From: Amoebidium appalachense
Taxonomy: Eukaryota > Protista > Ichthyosporea
Length of the DNA stretch: 64,000 nucleotides
Direction of reading: 5' to 3'
NCBI GenBank assembly: GCA_963693365.1
Contig: CAVNZM010000011.1
Span: 4,968,639 to 5,032,638 of the forward strand
Under the pieces are notes generated by a model. It was not told the origin of the DNA. It saw nothing but the letters and a program-made list of their open reading frames with translations, and ran no database searches. The position numbers and the translations under genes were made by a program. Positions 63,939-64,000 of the stretch are shown here, one piece after another. Within the stretch, counting starts at the first letter, position 1. Every line of letters starts with the position of its first letter.

Positions 63939-63980
63939 GATGTACACGTTAAGAGGGTTGGAAATATGGAGGAGACAACA
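63740..63980 (-). repeat. Diverged member of the same repeat family
   Basis: ttagaatg...cacacaaagagtatgtatcataagcagagccatcttcagaggtgcccaagtcatcca...gagcttcgacc...ggttggaaatatggaggagacaac. Confidence 0.65.
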
Positions 63981-64000
63981 AAGAGAAGGGGGAGGAGGGG

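Overview
Intron-rich eukaryotic DNA saturated with (CA/GT)n, (GA)n and poly-G/C tracts, so almost all listed ORFs are low-complexity artefacts. Splicing exons by hand gives: the 5' part of XPF/ERCC4 (-), an intronless UBC4/UBE2D (+), an 11-exon Nta1-type N-terminal amidase (-), a 4-exon small membrane/coiled-coil gene (+), a tyrosine-kinase pseudogene (-), an orphan GC-rich terminal exon (+), tRNA-Ser(AGA), and a 21-exon, 749-aa gene (-). The last is the highlight: it reads as RGS-globin-RGS-globin with a C-terminal CaaX (CVIS), a candidate heme/gas-sensing regulator of G-protein signalling. Also present are palindromic MITE-like elements, a dispersed/tandem repeat carrying hammerhead-core motifs in non-standard order, and a strand-biased intron pattern (poly-C after donors, (AC)n before acceptors). 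A tyrosine kinase together with a fungal-type Nta1 suggests a unicellular holozoan (inference). All family assignments are by motif recognition; no searches were run.
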